From the human T2T-CHM13v2.0 reference genome, Homo sapiens, in NCBI RefSeq assembly GCF_009914755.1, contig NC_060940.1: DNA of 64,000 nt; one strand, 5' to 3'. Shown here in pieces: positions 51,518 to 64,000 of the stretch (the first letter of the stretch is position 1; every line of letters begins with the position of its first letter). Made by a program: the position numbers and the translations under genes. Below the pieces are notes generated by a model that did no database searches, had not been told where the DNA came from, and saw nothing but the letters and a program-made list of their open reading frames with translations.

Positions 51518-52698
51518 GATACTGAGGTGCATTGCTAATTACATGAGTACAGCATTTGTGAAAACTCGCTCATGATATCTTCTCCATAGTCGCAGTCAGT
51601 ACCAGCTGCTGTGGAAAAAATTTTACGCATTGTGTTTACAACAGAATATATAACATGGCTTAGAGACAAAGTGTTTTACTTATGGCCAGTAGATGGAATT
51701 CTAAGGTCCGATGTCGGTTTGCCATGACTTGGGCATTGGTTTCTGTTCGGCTCTGTTTACGGGGCTGTGGGATGGGTACATAGACACTCGTCTACTTGAA
51801 CTTCCAGGGACTCGGGAGGCCTGCAGTTGAATAACAAGAGACCGTGCTGGTGAGAGGTGGAGTTTGCAGTAGGATTTCAAAGACTCCATGGAGTCCAAAA
51901 GGTGGGAGGTGTGTTTTGGGGCATGCGCCAAGGGAAGCTGGGCTTTGGGAAGAGAAAAGAATCCGAACTGGTGGCTTCCCACAATTGCTGGGAGTCTGAG
52001 ATAGATTCAATTGGGAAAACTAGGTTAGTGCCAGATAAGGTCCATTACTCTTTAAAAGTGGCCACTCATCCCTAATAATAAATAAACCAAACATTGGGAT
52101 ATTAAAACAATTTGTTCTCAGCATCAGAAAAGAGGTCGTGTGTGTGTTTGTGTTTTTTTAATATCCCATCCAGCCCCCAGCCCCAGTAACCCTAAGATTG
52201 AACAAAACCCTACTTACGTGCTACGGATTTAATATAGCGTCAGGCTCCTCTAGGTACAATAAAATACCAAGTTAAGAGTATTAATTCCTTACAACCCTGA
52301 TGGGTCCCAGCTGTGCACACGCATGTAGGGTGTGAGGGTGTGTGCTCAGCGGGCACAGGTGCTGACGGGGCTGTTCCACCTCGGAGCGCGTGGGCCGGGA
52401 ACACAGCTGTTTCTCAAATCATCCGCCACTTGCTTCTAAACCTCTGTGAAGTTGTACCGCCTCTGGGCACAATTAAAAGCTGTATACTACATTTCATCAG
52501 GTAGTGTTAGAAATTTAGGCTGAGCCAAAAAAGAAAAGGGAGGAGGTGGGAGGGAGGAAGCAACGAGTCCCTTGTTCAGGCGGTATTAACCCCCTTACCC
52601 TGGCTATTGGAACAATAGCGCTTCTAAAAGCCGCACAAAATCCTCCAATATTAAGAACGGAGAAAAGGAGTGTGGAAAAGGTGTGGGCAAGCACGGCA

Positions 52699-52905
52699 TC
52701 TCTTCTTTCTTTTTCTTCTTTTTCTGTTTCTTTCCTTCTCTTGCTATTTCCTTTCTTTCTTTTTCCTTCCCTTCCTTCCTTCCTTCTCTCTATCCTTCCT
52801 TTTTGTCCCTTCCTTCCCCTCATTCTTTCTTTCCCTCTCTCTTTCTCCGTCTTTCTTTCCTCCCTCCCATACTCTCTACTTTTCTTCTTCCCTTCCCTTT
52901 GTTTT
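52699..52905. repeat. CT-rich low-complexity tract
   Basis: About 200 nt polypyrimidine (CTT/CCTT/CTTT). Confidence 0.92.
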
Positions 52906-53699
52906 CACGCTAATTCCTTAATTTGTTTTTGGGTCTGCTCGCAGGAAATAACCGTAAGCTAGGATAACTGAGGTAAAATTTGTACAGCTAAGCTGAATGG
53001 TGAAAGGCCCAGATTTAGTTCTCATTGTAGGAAAAAGGGCCAGAATACCTTGCCCGTTTTTGCCTTGGGAAGTGAGCTCAATGAAATACATCTTCATATG
53101 CCCGTTTTACAGAAGCAGCAACTGAGGGCTGTTGTACTGAGGCTTGCAATGGCCACCTCAACTTTTAGGTCTCTGAGGCAGCAATGGGACCCTTGCCGGG
53201 GCCTCGCCATCCACATGGTCATTGCCTCAAAATTTGGGATTCCAGTTGCCCTTTTCCTTCTTCTCTCTTGAACAATGTGAACGCAATGTGAGGATGGGCC
53301 TTCTCCGCCTTCAAAAGTTGCTGCCTTCCAAGGGGAAAAGGTCTGGTCTTGTAATTTCTGGTCTGTGCGTACTGTATAAGGAAGAAGGTTTGGGTAGGGA
53401 AGCAACAGAGTACCCACTAGTGAGAGGGAGGACACCGCTGGTCTGTGCTCAACAGCCAGGCCAGCACCACATGAATAAAGCATGATGGCAATTGCCTGAC
53501 TCTGTCCTCGGTGGGGACAGGAGAGCTGAGCATAAGGATCTAAGTTTAGACGCCCTCCTAGGATTACCAACGTAGGCATGATCAGGCCCATAAAATACTG
53601 CACATCTTGGCATCTTACCTATAAAAATAATGCAGATACATTCGTAACTCCCCAGGTTTTCGGGAGTGGAAATGAGGGCAGCTGGGGAGTGAATCTGTC

Positions 53700-53915
53700 G
53701 TTTGTTGAGGCTCTTTTTCCTGCTTGCCAGACACTGATCTAGGCTCATTCATACACCAGTTCATTCATCCTCATAACAGTTCTGTGCCTGAGTAGATTCT
53801 TGTCCTTATGTAAGGATTAAGGACGTTGAGACCCAGAGGGGTCTCATCTAACAGGCAGTAGTAGAGCCAGCAGTCAAAATAGTTTGACCCCAAGGCTCCA
53901 GGCTTTTTCCCTATT
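53700..53915 (-). mobile_element. MIR
   Basis: tgccagacactg...ttcatcctcataacag...tgagacccagagggg...tttgaccccaaggc. Confidence 0.7.
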
Positions 53916-53939
53916 TCTTTCTCACCCACAGCCAATTGC

Positions 53940-54560
53940 AATCTGGACCCTTTACCTGTCAGCTGTAGGAACATGAAATAATGTGAGTGGGGTGAAATAA
54001 TGCCATTTAAAAGCAGGCACATTATAAAGAATTATGTCAACCTGATTTCTTGAATCCCAGGACAATTCATATCCCCGTGCCATCCGATTAGTGAATCAAG
54101 AGAAACTGATTGATACACAGCAACAATAGTTAAGAAACAGGCAGCATCGATGGAGGTTTGATTAAACCGATACCCTGGGTCTCCTGCTGTATCAAATCAT
54201 GGGCGAATTGGTACCATTAGGATAAATTACTACAAGAGGCACTGCAAAGCCAAGCTAAATAAACTCTGCCTTCTCGAGCCCCTGATTGTCTTATTAAATA
54301 ATTTCTTTGCCTCTTAAGTGTGGACTCGGAGCACTCGTGCTCTGAAAGCCCTCCTGATTAACTATAGCCTTGGCCTCAAGTTGATTTTATAAACTTCGGA
54401 TGGTGCCCCAGAGGGTGAAGCTTCCTGTTGTCAATTCTGCCCGTTGCTATAGATACCAAACTCCACAATCAGTAATTAGAGCGTGCCCCCTGCCCCAGAA
54501 CTGGTCAAACGGTGCAGAGCGCTCGGCAAATGGTCTTAAAAGCATCCGCGCTTGCATGGA
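53940..54560. promoter_or_regulatory. Candidate developmental enhancer
   Basis: Repeat-free, CpG-retaining block with TGATTAA x2, CGATTAG, TAATTAG and TTTTATAAA. Confidence 0.4.
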
Positions 54561-55134
54561 AATGCATTTCCAATGGTGACGGGGTTTGTTTTATTCATGG
54601 ACTTTTTGAAAAAAAAAATCACTGGTTTATTGGAAACCATAGAGAAGTATAAGTAATTATTATGCTTTTTAAAATACAACCGAGGTTCCTCATCATGATA
54701 CGTTAAGGGAAAGGAAGACAGGGCAGGAGGGTGGTGTGGCACAAAGGCGGCTCTGTCTGACCTGTCACGTTAGGACTGAGTTCATTCTTGTTCAGATTCA
54801 GCATCTTTTGTTACACCCGAAGTGCATTCCATGGCCCTGTCCCAGCCATAGAAAGAAATGCCTTTATTTTTAAGCGAGACTTCTTGTGGAATGATGAATA
54901 TGTTCAGGGAGGCTGTTGGTGGCAAGAAAAGAAGGGTGATGGGTTGGGCTTATATTGTTTAGTGGAGCAAAAGAGATGTGAAACATTTGTGTCTTAAAGT
55001 GTTTTGGTCAAGAGAAACTAAATTGGTTAGAAAGTGTGCAATTTTGCAAGCTTTATAAAAATATAAACCAATGAGTCTGGACTCTGTTCCCTAAAGGGGA
55101 TGAGGAATGAAAATGAAGGTTTGCAAAGACATCT

Positions 55135-55305
55135 TGCCAGACCCTTACATATTTTAATTTAAGGTGGTATTACTGTCCTCATTTTCAGGCTGAAGAACCA
55201 AGCTCTGAGAGAGTTAATGATTTTCTCCAGATCATTCACATTCATTTCTGTTACACAGCTGGGATTATAATCCATGCCTGTCTGACTCTGAAACCTATTT
55301 TCCCA
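55135..55305 (-). mobile_element. MIR
   Basis: tattactgtcctcattttcaggctgaagaa...gctctgagagagttaatga...ctgtctgactctgaa. Confidence 0.75.
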
Positions 55306-56149
55306 TTTTTTTTTTTTTTTAGGGATAAATTTCTCCCAAACTATATGCAGATCCTGCTAGAGACTGCCCATCCCTCTATCCATTTCTCAGTTTGAAAAGA
55401 AATCCTGGAATTCAGAATGATGAATATTCATTTTAACATCATCTTAAAATGTCCTTATAGATGTATATTACAGCTGTAGTCTGCCAGGCCAAGAATTCGA
55501 TTGGCATTTCCAGAGTACTGTTGATTGTATTTTAGAATCTTCCAAACCTCCGTAATTGTCTTGTTGATTTCAAACACCCTGAGAACATTTCCTAAATGCT
55601 CATAGCGTCCAATAGCATGGGAAAGTAAATGGTTTATGAGGAGAATTTGGGATGTGCAAAATAAGCCTTTGAAGAGAGTGCATTATCTGAAGCCTGACAT
55701 TGTAACAGCTTCTTAATTACGCTTTCTTTCATGTGGCATTTTTATGGGATCCAGTACGCCCAGGCTCAAATGATAGACATTTCAACTCCTACATCCAAGT
55801 GTAGGGAGTCCCAACTTTTTGAATCCATCCGTGTGGCAAATGTAGCTGGACCCTTGGGATGAAGACCCTTCCTGCATCCTCCCAAGGAGACAAGTTCTGG
55901 ACCATAACTCTAGAGCAACCCCAACCCCCAGGCCATGGACCAAGTGTCAACAATGTTGACATTGTGAATCCCTGATCTGGAGGAACATAGCTTTGGGGCA
56001 GTGCCAGGATTTAATATGGGTTCTTTGGACTTCAGAGCCCCTTGTGCTAAATTGAAACATTATGGTGTTGCTTTGAGCAAACAATTAGCATTTTTGCCAT
56101 AGCTTTTTACTTCTCCATGTTGAAATTATCAAAGATTATCGTCGAAGGC

Positions 56150-56295
56150 GTGGTTTCTTTACTATCTGTCTTCTCCAGGAGACTGTCATCTCTGTGAGTG
56201 CAGGAATCCGGCTGGTGGTGTTTTTACTCTAACACCTCTTTCAGTACATGCATACAGTAGGTGCTTAGTAGATGTTTACTGAATGAATGGATAAA
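56150..56295 (+). mobile_element. L2 3' end
   Basis: gactgtcatctctgtgagtgcagga...catacagtaggtgcttagtagatgtttactgaatgaatg. Confidence 0.8.
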
Positions 56296-56569
56296 CATGT
56301 ACAAAATTATGATCCCTTGTGTTAAATATGGTAGGGAAGCAACATAATGTGCCCTGGAGTTTCACAGAAGAAGGGGCTTTCTTCCAGCTTGGGGATGGAG
56401 GTGAGCTGTCATTCTGGATGATGTGATGGGGAAAGAGGATGTGAGCTGAGGCTTGGAACCAAGCAGAGCTTGGGCTTTGGGGTGCTGGGAGGACAGAATG
56501 CTGGAAACAGAGGTAAGAAGGGTAAGCACCTAGTCAACATGAGTGATTTAGCTTTGGGAGCTGATCAAG

Positions 56570-56938
56570 TGATATGATTTGGCTCTGTGTCCCAACTCAA
56601 ATGTCATCTCGAATTGTAATCCCCACGTGTCAAAGGAGGGACCAGGTGGAGGTAATTTGATCATGGGGGTGGTTTTCCCCATGCTGTTCTCATGCTAGTG
56701 AGTGAGTTGTCATGAGATCTGATGGCTTTGTAAGTGTTTGGTAGTTCGTTCTGTGTTCATTCTCCCTCCTGCCGCCTTGTGAAGAAGGTTCTTGCTTCCC
56801 CTTCGTCTTCTGCCATGGTGGTAAGTTTCCTGAGGCCTCCCCAGTCATGTGAAACGGTGAGTCAATTAAACCTCTTTCCTTTATAAACTACCCAGTCTCA
56901 GGTATTTCTGTGTAGCAGTGTAAGAACAGACTAATACA
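56570..56938 (+). mobile_element. THE1D MaLR solo LTR
   Basis: tgatatgatttggctctgtgtccc...gagtcaattaaacctctttcc...gactaataca; TSD (t/g)caag; flanks look like a minus-strand L2. Confidence 0.93.
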
Positions 56939-57329
56939 GCAAGGGAGCAGTGATGGAGCACAGGCTGGAAAACTGAGTTGAGGGGTCAGTGGTGGACCCT
57001 GAAGGTTAGACTAAGAAATTTAGACTCCAGCCTACATAAATGTAGACTCCATGCAGAATGACTGGATGTCCTATAGGACATGCAAAGCCACAGGGAATTT
57101 TGGAACAGGAAATTGTGCTCAAAGCTGAATTTTGAGGAGGTAAATACAGCCTCTGTGTGTAAGACAGAGAAAAGGAGAGAGTGGGAAGTAATTTATGTAT
57201 CACAGTTGCCTAGAGAAGACAGAAAATAGGTGCCTGGCTTATGTGGCCACTGCTTTTTTTTTAAACTTATTTCTTTAATTTTATTTTTTTTTAAATTAGG
57301 ATTAAAAAATGTACATATACACATAAAAT

Positions 57330-58005
57330 ATTTATTTTTGAATAGGTAATACTTTTATATGGTTCAAAAATCAAAAGTAGAAGATAAAAACAAGGTGTAT
57401 ATGTATATATATTTATATACCTATGTGCATATATAAAATCCTTGTATACATATACACACACACACCTATGTTTTTCTTTATGTGTGTTAAAATCTCCCTC
57501 TACCCCTTTCCTTTAGCACCTAATTCCTCTTCTGAACCGATGTTATTTCCTGGTGCATCCTTCTAGACATTATTATGCATTTACAAGGCAATATGTTTGT
57601 ATATTCTTCTGCCCTCCCCTTCACTTTGCTATACACACCTTGCTCTTTTTGCTTGACAATATATCTTAGAGATGGTTCTAAATCAGCATATAAATTATTT
57701 CTTCATTTTTTAACAACTGCTGAGTATTACACTGTGTGGATGTTTCATAATTCATTGAACCAATTCCCTATTGATAGACATTTGGGTTGTTCCCAGCCTT
57801 TTGCTATTGCAAATTGTGCCGCAACGTGTAACCTTGCACCGACATCGCTTCCCACGTGCATGCATGTATTTGCAGGATTGAGTCTTAGAAATCGCAGCAT
57901 CGGCTGAGAGAGTATGCACTCCGGTCGTTTTCATAGATATTGCCAAATTGCCCTCTACGGAGGTTGTTCTGATTTACATTCCCACTAAGCAACATACGAC
58001 AGTTA
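57330..58005 (-). mobile_element. L1MC/ME 3' fragment
   Basis: gaataggtaatac...tggttcaaaaatcaaaa; cctattgatagacatttgggttgttcccag; atagatattgccaaattgccctc. Confidence 0.85.
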
Positions 58006-58674
58006 GGGTGGCATTTCCTGACTCCATGCTTTGTAGCTGGGTGGAGGGGTGGACTGAGAGTACATGTGGATGGGAAGGTGCAAGTGAATGCTCTCAAAAT
58101 GTGCTTTAAGGAGAAATATTTTGTTGGGACACAGAAGTTAGACTGCAAGAAGGAGAAGATTGGATTCAGGGCAGGAAATCAGTACAACTTGCAGTAGTCC
58201 ACGTGACAGTTACGCAAAGGCCTGGTCTGATAGAGGAACAAGAGAGAGAGAAAGTGCATGGCAAAGACCCATCATTGATGAGTGACTGGATGTGAGGAAT
58301 GGAGCAGGGGAGATGCTGATGATTTGGTTACCCGCTTCTCCATCCCCCACCACCCACTGATGTTATTATCCAGTAAGGACCAGGAGAGAAGAAGAGATTT
58401 AAGAAGAAGACAATGGCTGTGGTTTGATGAAGATAAAACGCCCTGCCAGAATCATTTGAGCAAAAGCTTAATGTTGTTTGTGGCAATGTCACTTACTCCT
58501 GATCCCATTGGAGAAATCTTTCCTATCACTTCCAATCCACGTGTGTTCAGACAAACACTAATTTTGTTAGTACAACGTCCCCTAATAGCTAAGAGTTAAA
58601 AAAAAATAGGTCTTAGAAGTGTGAAAAACAAAAAACAAAAAACAAAAAAAAAAACACTAAACCCCAAATTTGTC

Positions 58675-58835
58675 CTTTTAACACTTTCAGCAACCCTGTA
58701 AAGTCATTATCATCCCCCTGTTACAGGTAAGAAAATTAAGGCTCAGAGAGGTTAAATAACTTGGCCAAGGTCACACAGCTATTAAGGAATGGTACCATGT
58801 CTTGGACCCAGGTTAACTTTAAATCCTGAGCTTTA
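58675..58835 (-). mobile_element. MIR
   Basis: caaccctgt...ttacaggtaagaaaattaaggctcagagaggttaaataacttggccaaggtcacacagct. Confidence 0.9.
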
Positions 58836-60089
58836 TAACGGTTTGATTTCAGTAGCAAATGCAGTGGCACAGAAGGGTCTGGGCATTTATTTCCAAAGAA
58901 TGATTTCACTCAACTGAGGAATTCTAATGTTTTAACAGCATCCTACTTATTTCTAAAGTGTTGGGGTGAATTTGCCAAGTTTTGAAAAGTGCATTTGTAA
59001 GCCAGTAGGATTCAATCTGAAGTCAGGGATAACAGAGCCGGGGGCGGAGGCTAGGTCTCCTTACATATTTTGTTCACAATGGGACTAGAACACTCTGCAG
59101 AGTATGAAGGTTGTGATTCAGTTGCCCAAGCAGTAAGGCCTGACTGGTGTCACGATCCCACAACCCGCACAAAGGCGCCATTGTTGCCCAGTGTGAAGGG
59201 AGCTGAGGCATCACCAAAGGGGGCCAAGCGTCCCTTCTCTGGGTTAGAAATGTTGTTTTCCATTTGCTGGTAAACAACAGTCCAAGTTCATTGTCCTGAC
59301 ACAGAACTCTGTTTCTTCTTTTATGCTGAGAGTTTGCAAGTATGGATCTTGATAGGAATGCTTGCAAACAACGGTAGTTATAAAATGTTGCCTCCTGTAT
59401 CTCAGTAGGCACTGTTCAAGCATTTGAACTTCATCAAGTGTCAAGACAAGTCTAAGAGAAGGTGGGGAGAGACCATCAGGACCTAGGATTGCAAAACCTC
59501 CAACGCAAAATAGAGATGTAGTTTTAGCGTGCTGCCCAATATTAAAAGATTGTATAAATGAGGGGGGCACACTTCCTGATATGTTCGTTATGCACATAGT
59601 CACACACCTCTCAGTGCCTTAAAATTTGTTATGATGCAGTCTATCTCGTATGGAACGATCTTGATGTATCTATCAAACACGGGAGAAAAACCACTTAAAA
59701 TGTGTAAAAAGTTTATTAATAAAGGAGTACATGATTGTGTTTTAAAAGCTACATACATTAGGTTTAAGCTGCAGAAAATGGCGGTTTATTCCGAAAGACT
59801 GCTGTATTTATGCTTAAATAATTAGGATTACCTCTACCTGGTATATTTGCAGGGACAAGCAAAGCATACACTGAAAATAAATTCTCAAATGAAATTCATT
59901 TCACATTAGTTGCATCCCAACATTCCTTTATGGACTGCATTCCATGCCTGGCACTGTGCCTATGATTTATTAAAATCTAAAGCCATTAATAAATAAATTA
60001 TTCAATCCATGCATTGAATTATCTAGCTCTTTCAAAGACAGTCACAGTCCATCCCTCAAAGAGCTCATGGACCAGTCGAAGGAGGGTGA

Positions 60090-60577
60090 CAGCCTGGGTC
60101 AAATTGGTGCTGAGCACACAGGCAGGGGTCAGGCTCCCTGGAGTGAAGTGTAAGCGTCGCTGTTCACTGGCTGAGTCATCTTTGGTAGGTCCCTTTACCA
60201 CTTTGCCACTTTAAGTCTCCGTTTCCTCATCTGTAAAATAGAGGTAATAAAAACAGCTAATATTTACAGAGAGCTTACTCCTTGTTAGCAGTTTTCATTA
60301 ATTAATGGGTGTATTTATTGGAATAACCGTGTAAGGTTGCCATTTTTATTTCCATCTGTGTGTTACAGATGAGATGTGTAATAGAAAGGGAATTTGCCCA
60401 AGCTCACAGTCACAGGCTGGTGGAGTTGGGATTTCAAACCCAGAGTGTCTGATTCCTGAACCTGTGCTCTTGTCTCTTCCTTCAGTACCACATACAACAG
60501 AGGGGACAAAATAATTTCTATATAAAGTGCTTAGCATAGTGCCTGCCACTTAGACCTCAAAATATATTGTTTTCATT
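60090..60577. mobile_element. MIR (+) interrupted by a MIR (-) at about 60257-60475
   Basis: gtttcctcatctgtaaaatagaggtaataa | minus-strand MIR with gggatttcaaacccag | taaagtgcttagcatagtgcctg. Confidence 0.75.
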
Positions 60578-61999
60578 GGATAATTAAATATAAAATAACA
60601 TACAGCATGATGATTAATACAACTAATAAATAGTGCATTAGTATTATAGGCACAAAAGACAGTATGAAGTACAGCACAGATCATGAGGAGGGTAGGGTCA
60701 GTTCTACATAAAAACAGGGTTAGTAAAGGCCTCAGAGAGAAGATGTCCTTTGAGCTGAGTCTTGAGACTCCAGAGATCAGGACTCAAGGACTGTGGAACC
60801 TGTACATTCACGTCCTGGTAATCTTACATTGCTCAGAAGACTCCAGGGACATTGAGGTTGCCCCCATGGAGTTGAAACTCCTATGCTGATCACTTAGGAA
60901 GCCAAGAACAAATTAACCCAGGGCAACAAGAAACAATGACTAATTAGACCCTAATGAAGTGCTGCGGTACTGGCGTCCTTCCAGATTTGACTTGTAATCG
61001 CCACAATGTATTACAGATGCAGAGTCTTCATCTTGTTGGGCTGTGATCAAGTACATATGCTCCCCAGCAGTTCTTTGAGATTTCCATGTTCTCCGCACAG
61101 TGCGGAGCTACTGCGGGTGTGTGAGCCAAGGGGGCCCTGTGACCCTTGAAATAGAAAAGGGGGAAATGGCTGCATGCCAGCCGAAGAGACCACTGCATTG
61201 TTGGCCATAAATGAAACTAGTGAGATGTGTGGGATATCATAAAAAGAACATTGACATAATCCTTTTTTGGATGAAGTTATATCACAACCAGAACACACAA
61301 TGACCAGCAGGCTTCTCTTTTTTTGTTTGATTTCACTCCTGAAAAGTGGGCTTTCTGTGAGAGTTGGACAGACTGCATGCTGCCCCTGCCTCCCGGGCCT
61401 TCCTTCCCAAGCAGGGATGAGCTCTCCTCTGCATGTAACAAGCAAGGTGATTCAGCAAGAAGACTGCTGGTCTCTCCCTTCCTCCAGGGCCATTTGTGAG
61501 AGTGAGACACAAAATATTAGAAGCAAAAGAAGAAGCTGTACTCCCAAGAGGCATGGATCCTTGAGTGAGTTATGTGCTTGGAAAAAATTAGTTTGCACAT
61601 GAGGACACAAAGAGAGCCTGAAAAGCAGGAGGCTTTGAGGTCTTTTTTTCCCTCCTGATTCGGAGGGAAAAAAAATGTTGTTTGTGTTCATTTATGGAAA
61701 TTAGATCTATCACATACTCTTAGGCAATTTATGAAATGTTAAGCAATACCCCTGAATGTCCTAGTCCCAGGAAAGTTGAGAGTTGAGTGCAAGACGGGGA
61801 CACCCAGGAGCCAGTAAATCAACTCTTGAATGATGGTGTATTAAGTGATAACCTTGTCATAGTTAAAGTCACACTGGAAGGATATATATTGAGGCTTTAT
61901 CTCTGCCATGGTGTCAGCATCAGTGAATTAACACAGGGTGTCTTAACTTTTCAAAAACAGGGCATGGGTGATCAAGCAGCAGTATATCTCTTTACTCCT

Positions 62000-62360
62000 T
62001 GTATTAGTCCATTTTCACACTGCTTGATAAAAACATACCGTAGCCTGGGAAGAAAAATCGGTTTAATGGACTTACAGTTCCATATTGCTGGGGAAGCCTT
62101 ACAATCATGGTGGAAGGCAAGGAGGAGCAAGTCACGTCTTACACGGATGGCAGCAGGCAAAGAGAGTGAGCTTGTTCAGGGAAACCCCTGTTTTTAAAAC
62201 CATCAGATCTCACGAGACTTATTCACTATCATGAGAATAGTACAGGAAAGACCCACCCCCATGATTCAGTTGTCTCCCTCCAGGTCCCTTCCATAACACA
62301 TGGGAATTATGGGAGATACAAGATGAGATTTGGGTGGGGACACAGAGTCAAACCGTATCA
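62000..62360 (-). mobile_element. THE1A/B MaLR solo LTR
   Basis: tgtattagtccattttcacactgc...ggaggagcaagtcacgtcttac...gagatttgggtggggacacagagtcaaaccgtatca. Confidence 0.93.
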
Positions 62361-62383
62361 CTCTCCCACCCAACACTTGCAGA

Positions 62384-62412
62384 AACACACACACACACAC
62401 ACACACACACAC
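62384..62412. repeat. (CA)n microsatellite
   Basis: Read directly. Confidence 0.97.
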
Positions 62413-62509
62413 CCCTTCCTACGTCCTACATCCCTGTACTTGGAAAGCAATCATATTTAAATCATTGCTGCTGGAACTTTAGTTGACTTTATAAGTTACA
62501 TTTTACATA

Positions 62510-62635
62510 AAAAGGCAGCAGTGGTGAAGCTGGAAGAGGGCACCTAGACTTTGATTTCAGGCAAGATTTTGTTAGGTCCCAGTATTGGAACTTCCGGTTG
62601 GTGGATTTTGCTCAAGAATAGTTTTCTCTTTGTCT
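62510..62635 (+). mobile_element. MIR 5' fragment
   Basis: ggcagcagtggtgaagctggaagagggcacctagactttgatttcaggc. Confidence 0.55.
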
Positions 62636-64000
62636 AACGCTTCATGAGAGACAACCTAAATAAAGCCACAGCCAGTGTTACAGAAATAGTGTTTCGTGAT
62701 TAAAATAATGGTACTTATTTGGGAGAGTTACTTGCCACGTTTCAGATGATTTGGAGGTAGTCTTTTCAGGAATATTCTGAGTTTGTTTCTTGATCTCGAT
62801 AGCAGCAACCTTTCCATTTGCTCTCTGTCTGGTTTCTCTGTGTCTCTCTTTTTCCCTCAAACATCGCTTTTCTTTTTTTAAAACAAGAATAAATCCCTTA
62901 GGACCTTGCTAAGTTATTACTTATATTGTCGCTTAAAAAAAACTTTGGAAAGAGGCTCTGGCATACTTTAAAAAAGTTAAGCACACTCAAGCCTCTTTAA
63001 TTCTAAATTCAGTTTTGAATATGCTTGTACTGATGTCAATGACTTTTCAAAAGAGAGTGTCCCAATTATTTAGGTGGCCAAGAGAAACAGCTTTAATTCT
63101 TTATCACATAAATATGCTTCAAACCACGATTTAAACCAGATGGATGGAGCACTGGATTAGTGGTGGGGCTTCTTGGCTGATCTGAGTTTCGCCTCCTCGA
63201 TCTTGCCTGGGTCTGTTCTGTCACTTGGATCTTACCAGTCCTGGCAGGCACACAGCTCTGTGAGATTTTCCTTCTGGCTTTGCATGAAGCTTTTGAAAAG
63301 AAAACACATACATGCAAGTGACCTTTCTAGGGTTGTTTCTAGTTTCTTCGTCTTACATAAAGCCCCTGCTAATTTAGCATGGTGTGTGCCCGAGTTTATT
63401 TTCTTTTTAACAACTTTATTTATGTAATTAAGCGAGTGAAGTCATACATTTTATTGATCTAATGAAACGCATTTCATGGTTCCTCCTGCCCTTCATCTTC
63501 TGACCTTCCCCTTCAGATCACAGCCCTTTACTTTCGTCAATGAGACGCCACTTAACAATTTTCCACCTTGCCAAATTTGAGGTCCCCCTCAACATTAACG
63601 GGGAACCCAATATCAGTTCCTTAAATGGGAGCAAAGATTGATGTCAATATAAACTAGGACACACATTCATATTGCAGAAAGGGTAAGAAATCCTTACACA
63701 GAACGAGTACGGTCTCTAACAGTAAAGTACAGAACAGGTGGTTCTCATTTTAGTATATTTAAACTTCAGGTCCTTAAATGTTCTTTTCTTTTTCCTTCAT
63801 TCTGTTTCTTTATTATTTTAATGGAGTGCAAGGTGCAGTCTTTTTGAAGATGTAGAATGTGGCCTTATAAAAGCTAAGTGCTACTTTATATTTCTACTGT
63901 CCTTGCCCGTGGCCTGCACTGGGGAGTTGTATATTGTATCAGTAATTTTAAAAGCCAGCAAGTGTTCTACCAGCTGAAGAAGTTTTCCTAATGGTGGCTG

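Overview
This is primate (human-like) non-coding genomic DNA. I cannot support any protein-coding exon, RNA gene, CpG-island promoter or CRISPR-like array. Most listed ORFs are chance frames or translations of Alu, LTR and simple repeats; the only real protein signal is a decayed Tigger1 transposase. The window is a mosaic of about 20 Alu/FLAM copies (many with visible target-site duplications, TSDs), MIR/L2/L1M fossils, about 11 solo LTRs (MLT1, MLT2D, MSTB, THE1, LTR16, LTR47), MER5/MER102-type hAT elements, MADE1/MADE2 mariner MITEs and an apparently full-length Tigger1. Between these lie repeat-free blocks dense in homeodomain/TCF/SOX/FOX motifs that look like developmental enhancers. An antisense bias of repeats suggests a large intron of a + strand gene. 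The most notable local signals are: a perfect steroid-receptor palindrome next to an E-box/GATA composite (40700-40748), a 12-tract G-quadruplex run, a MADE1 hairpin with an intact SETMAR site, two ~147-148 bp tandem duplications of different ages, and a possible templated-insertion scar. Repeat family names come from recalled consensus sequences and boundaries are approximate. I found no convincing evidence for a new biological system.
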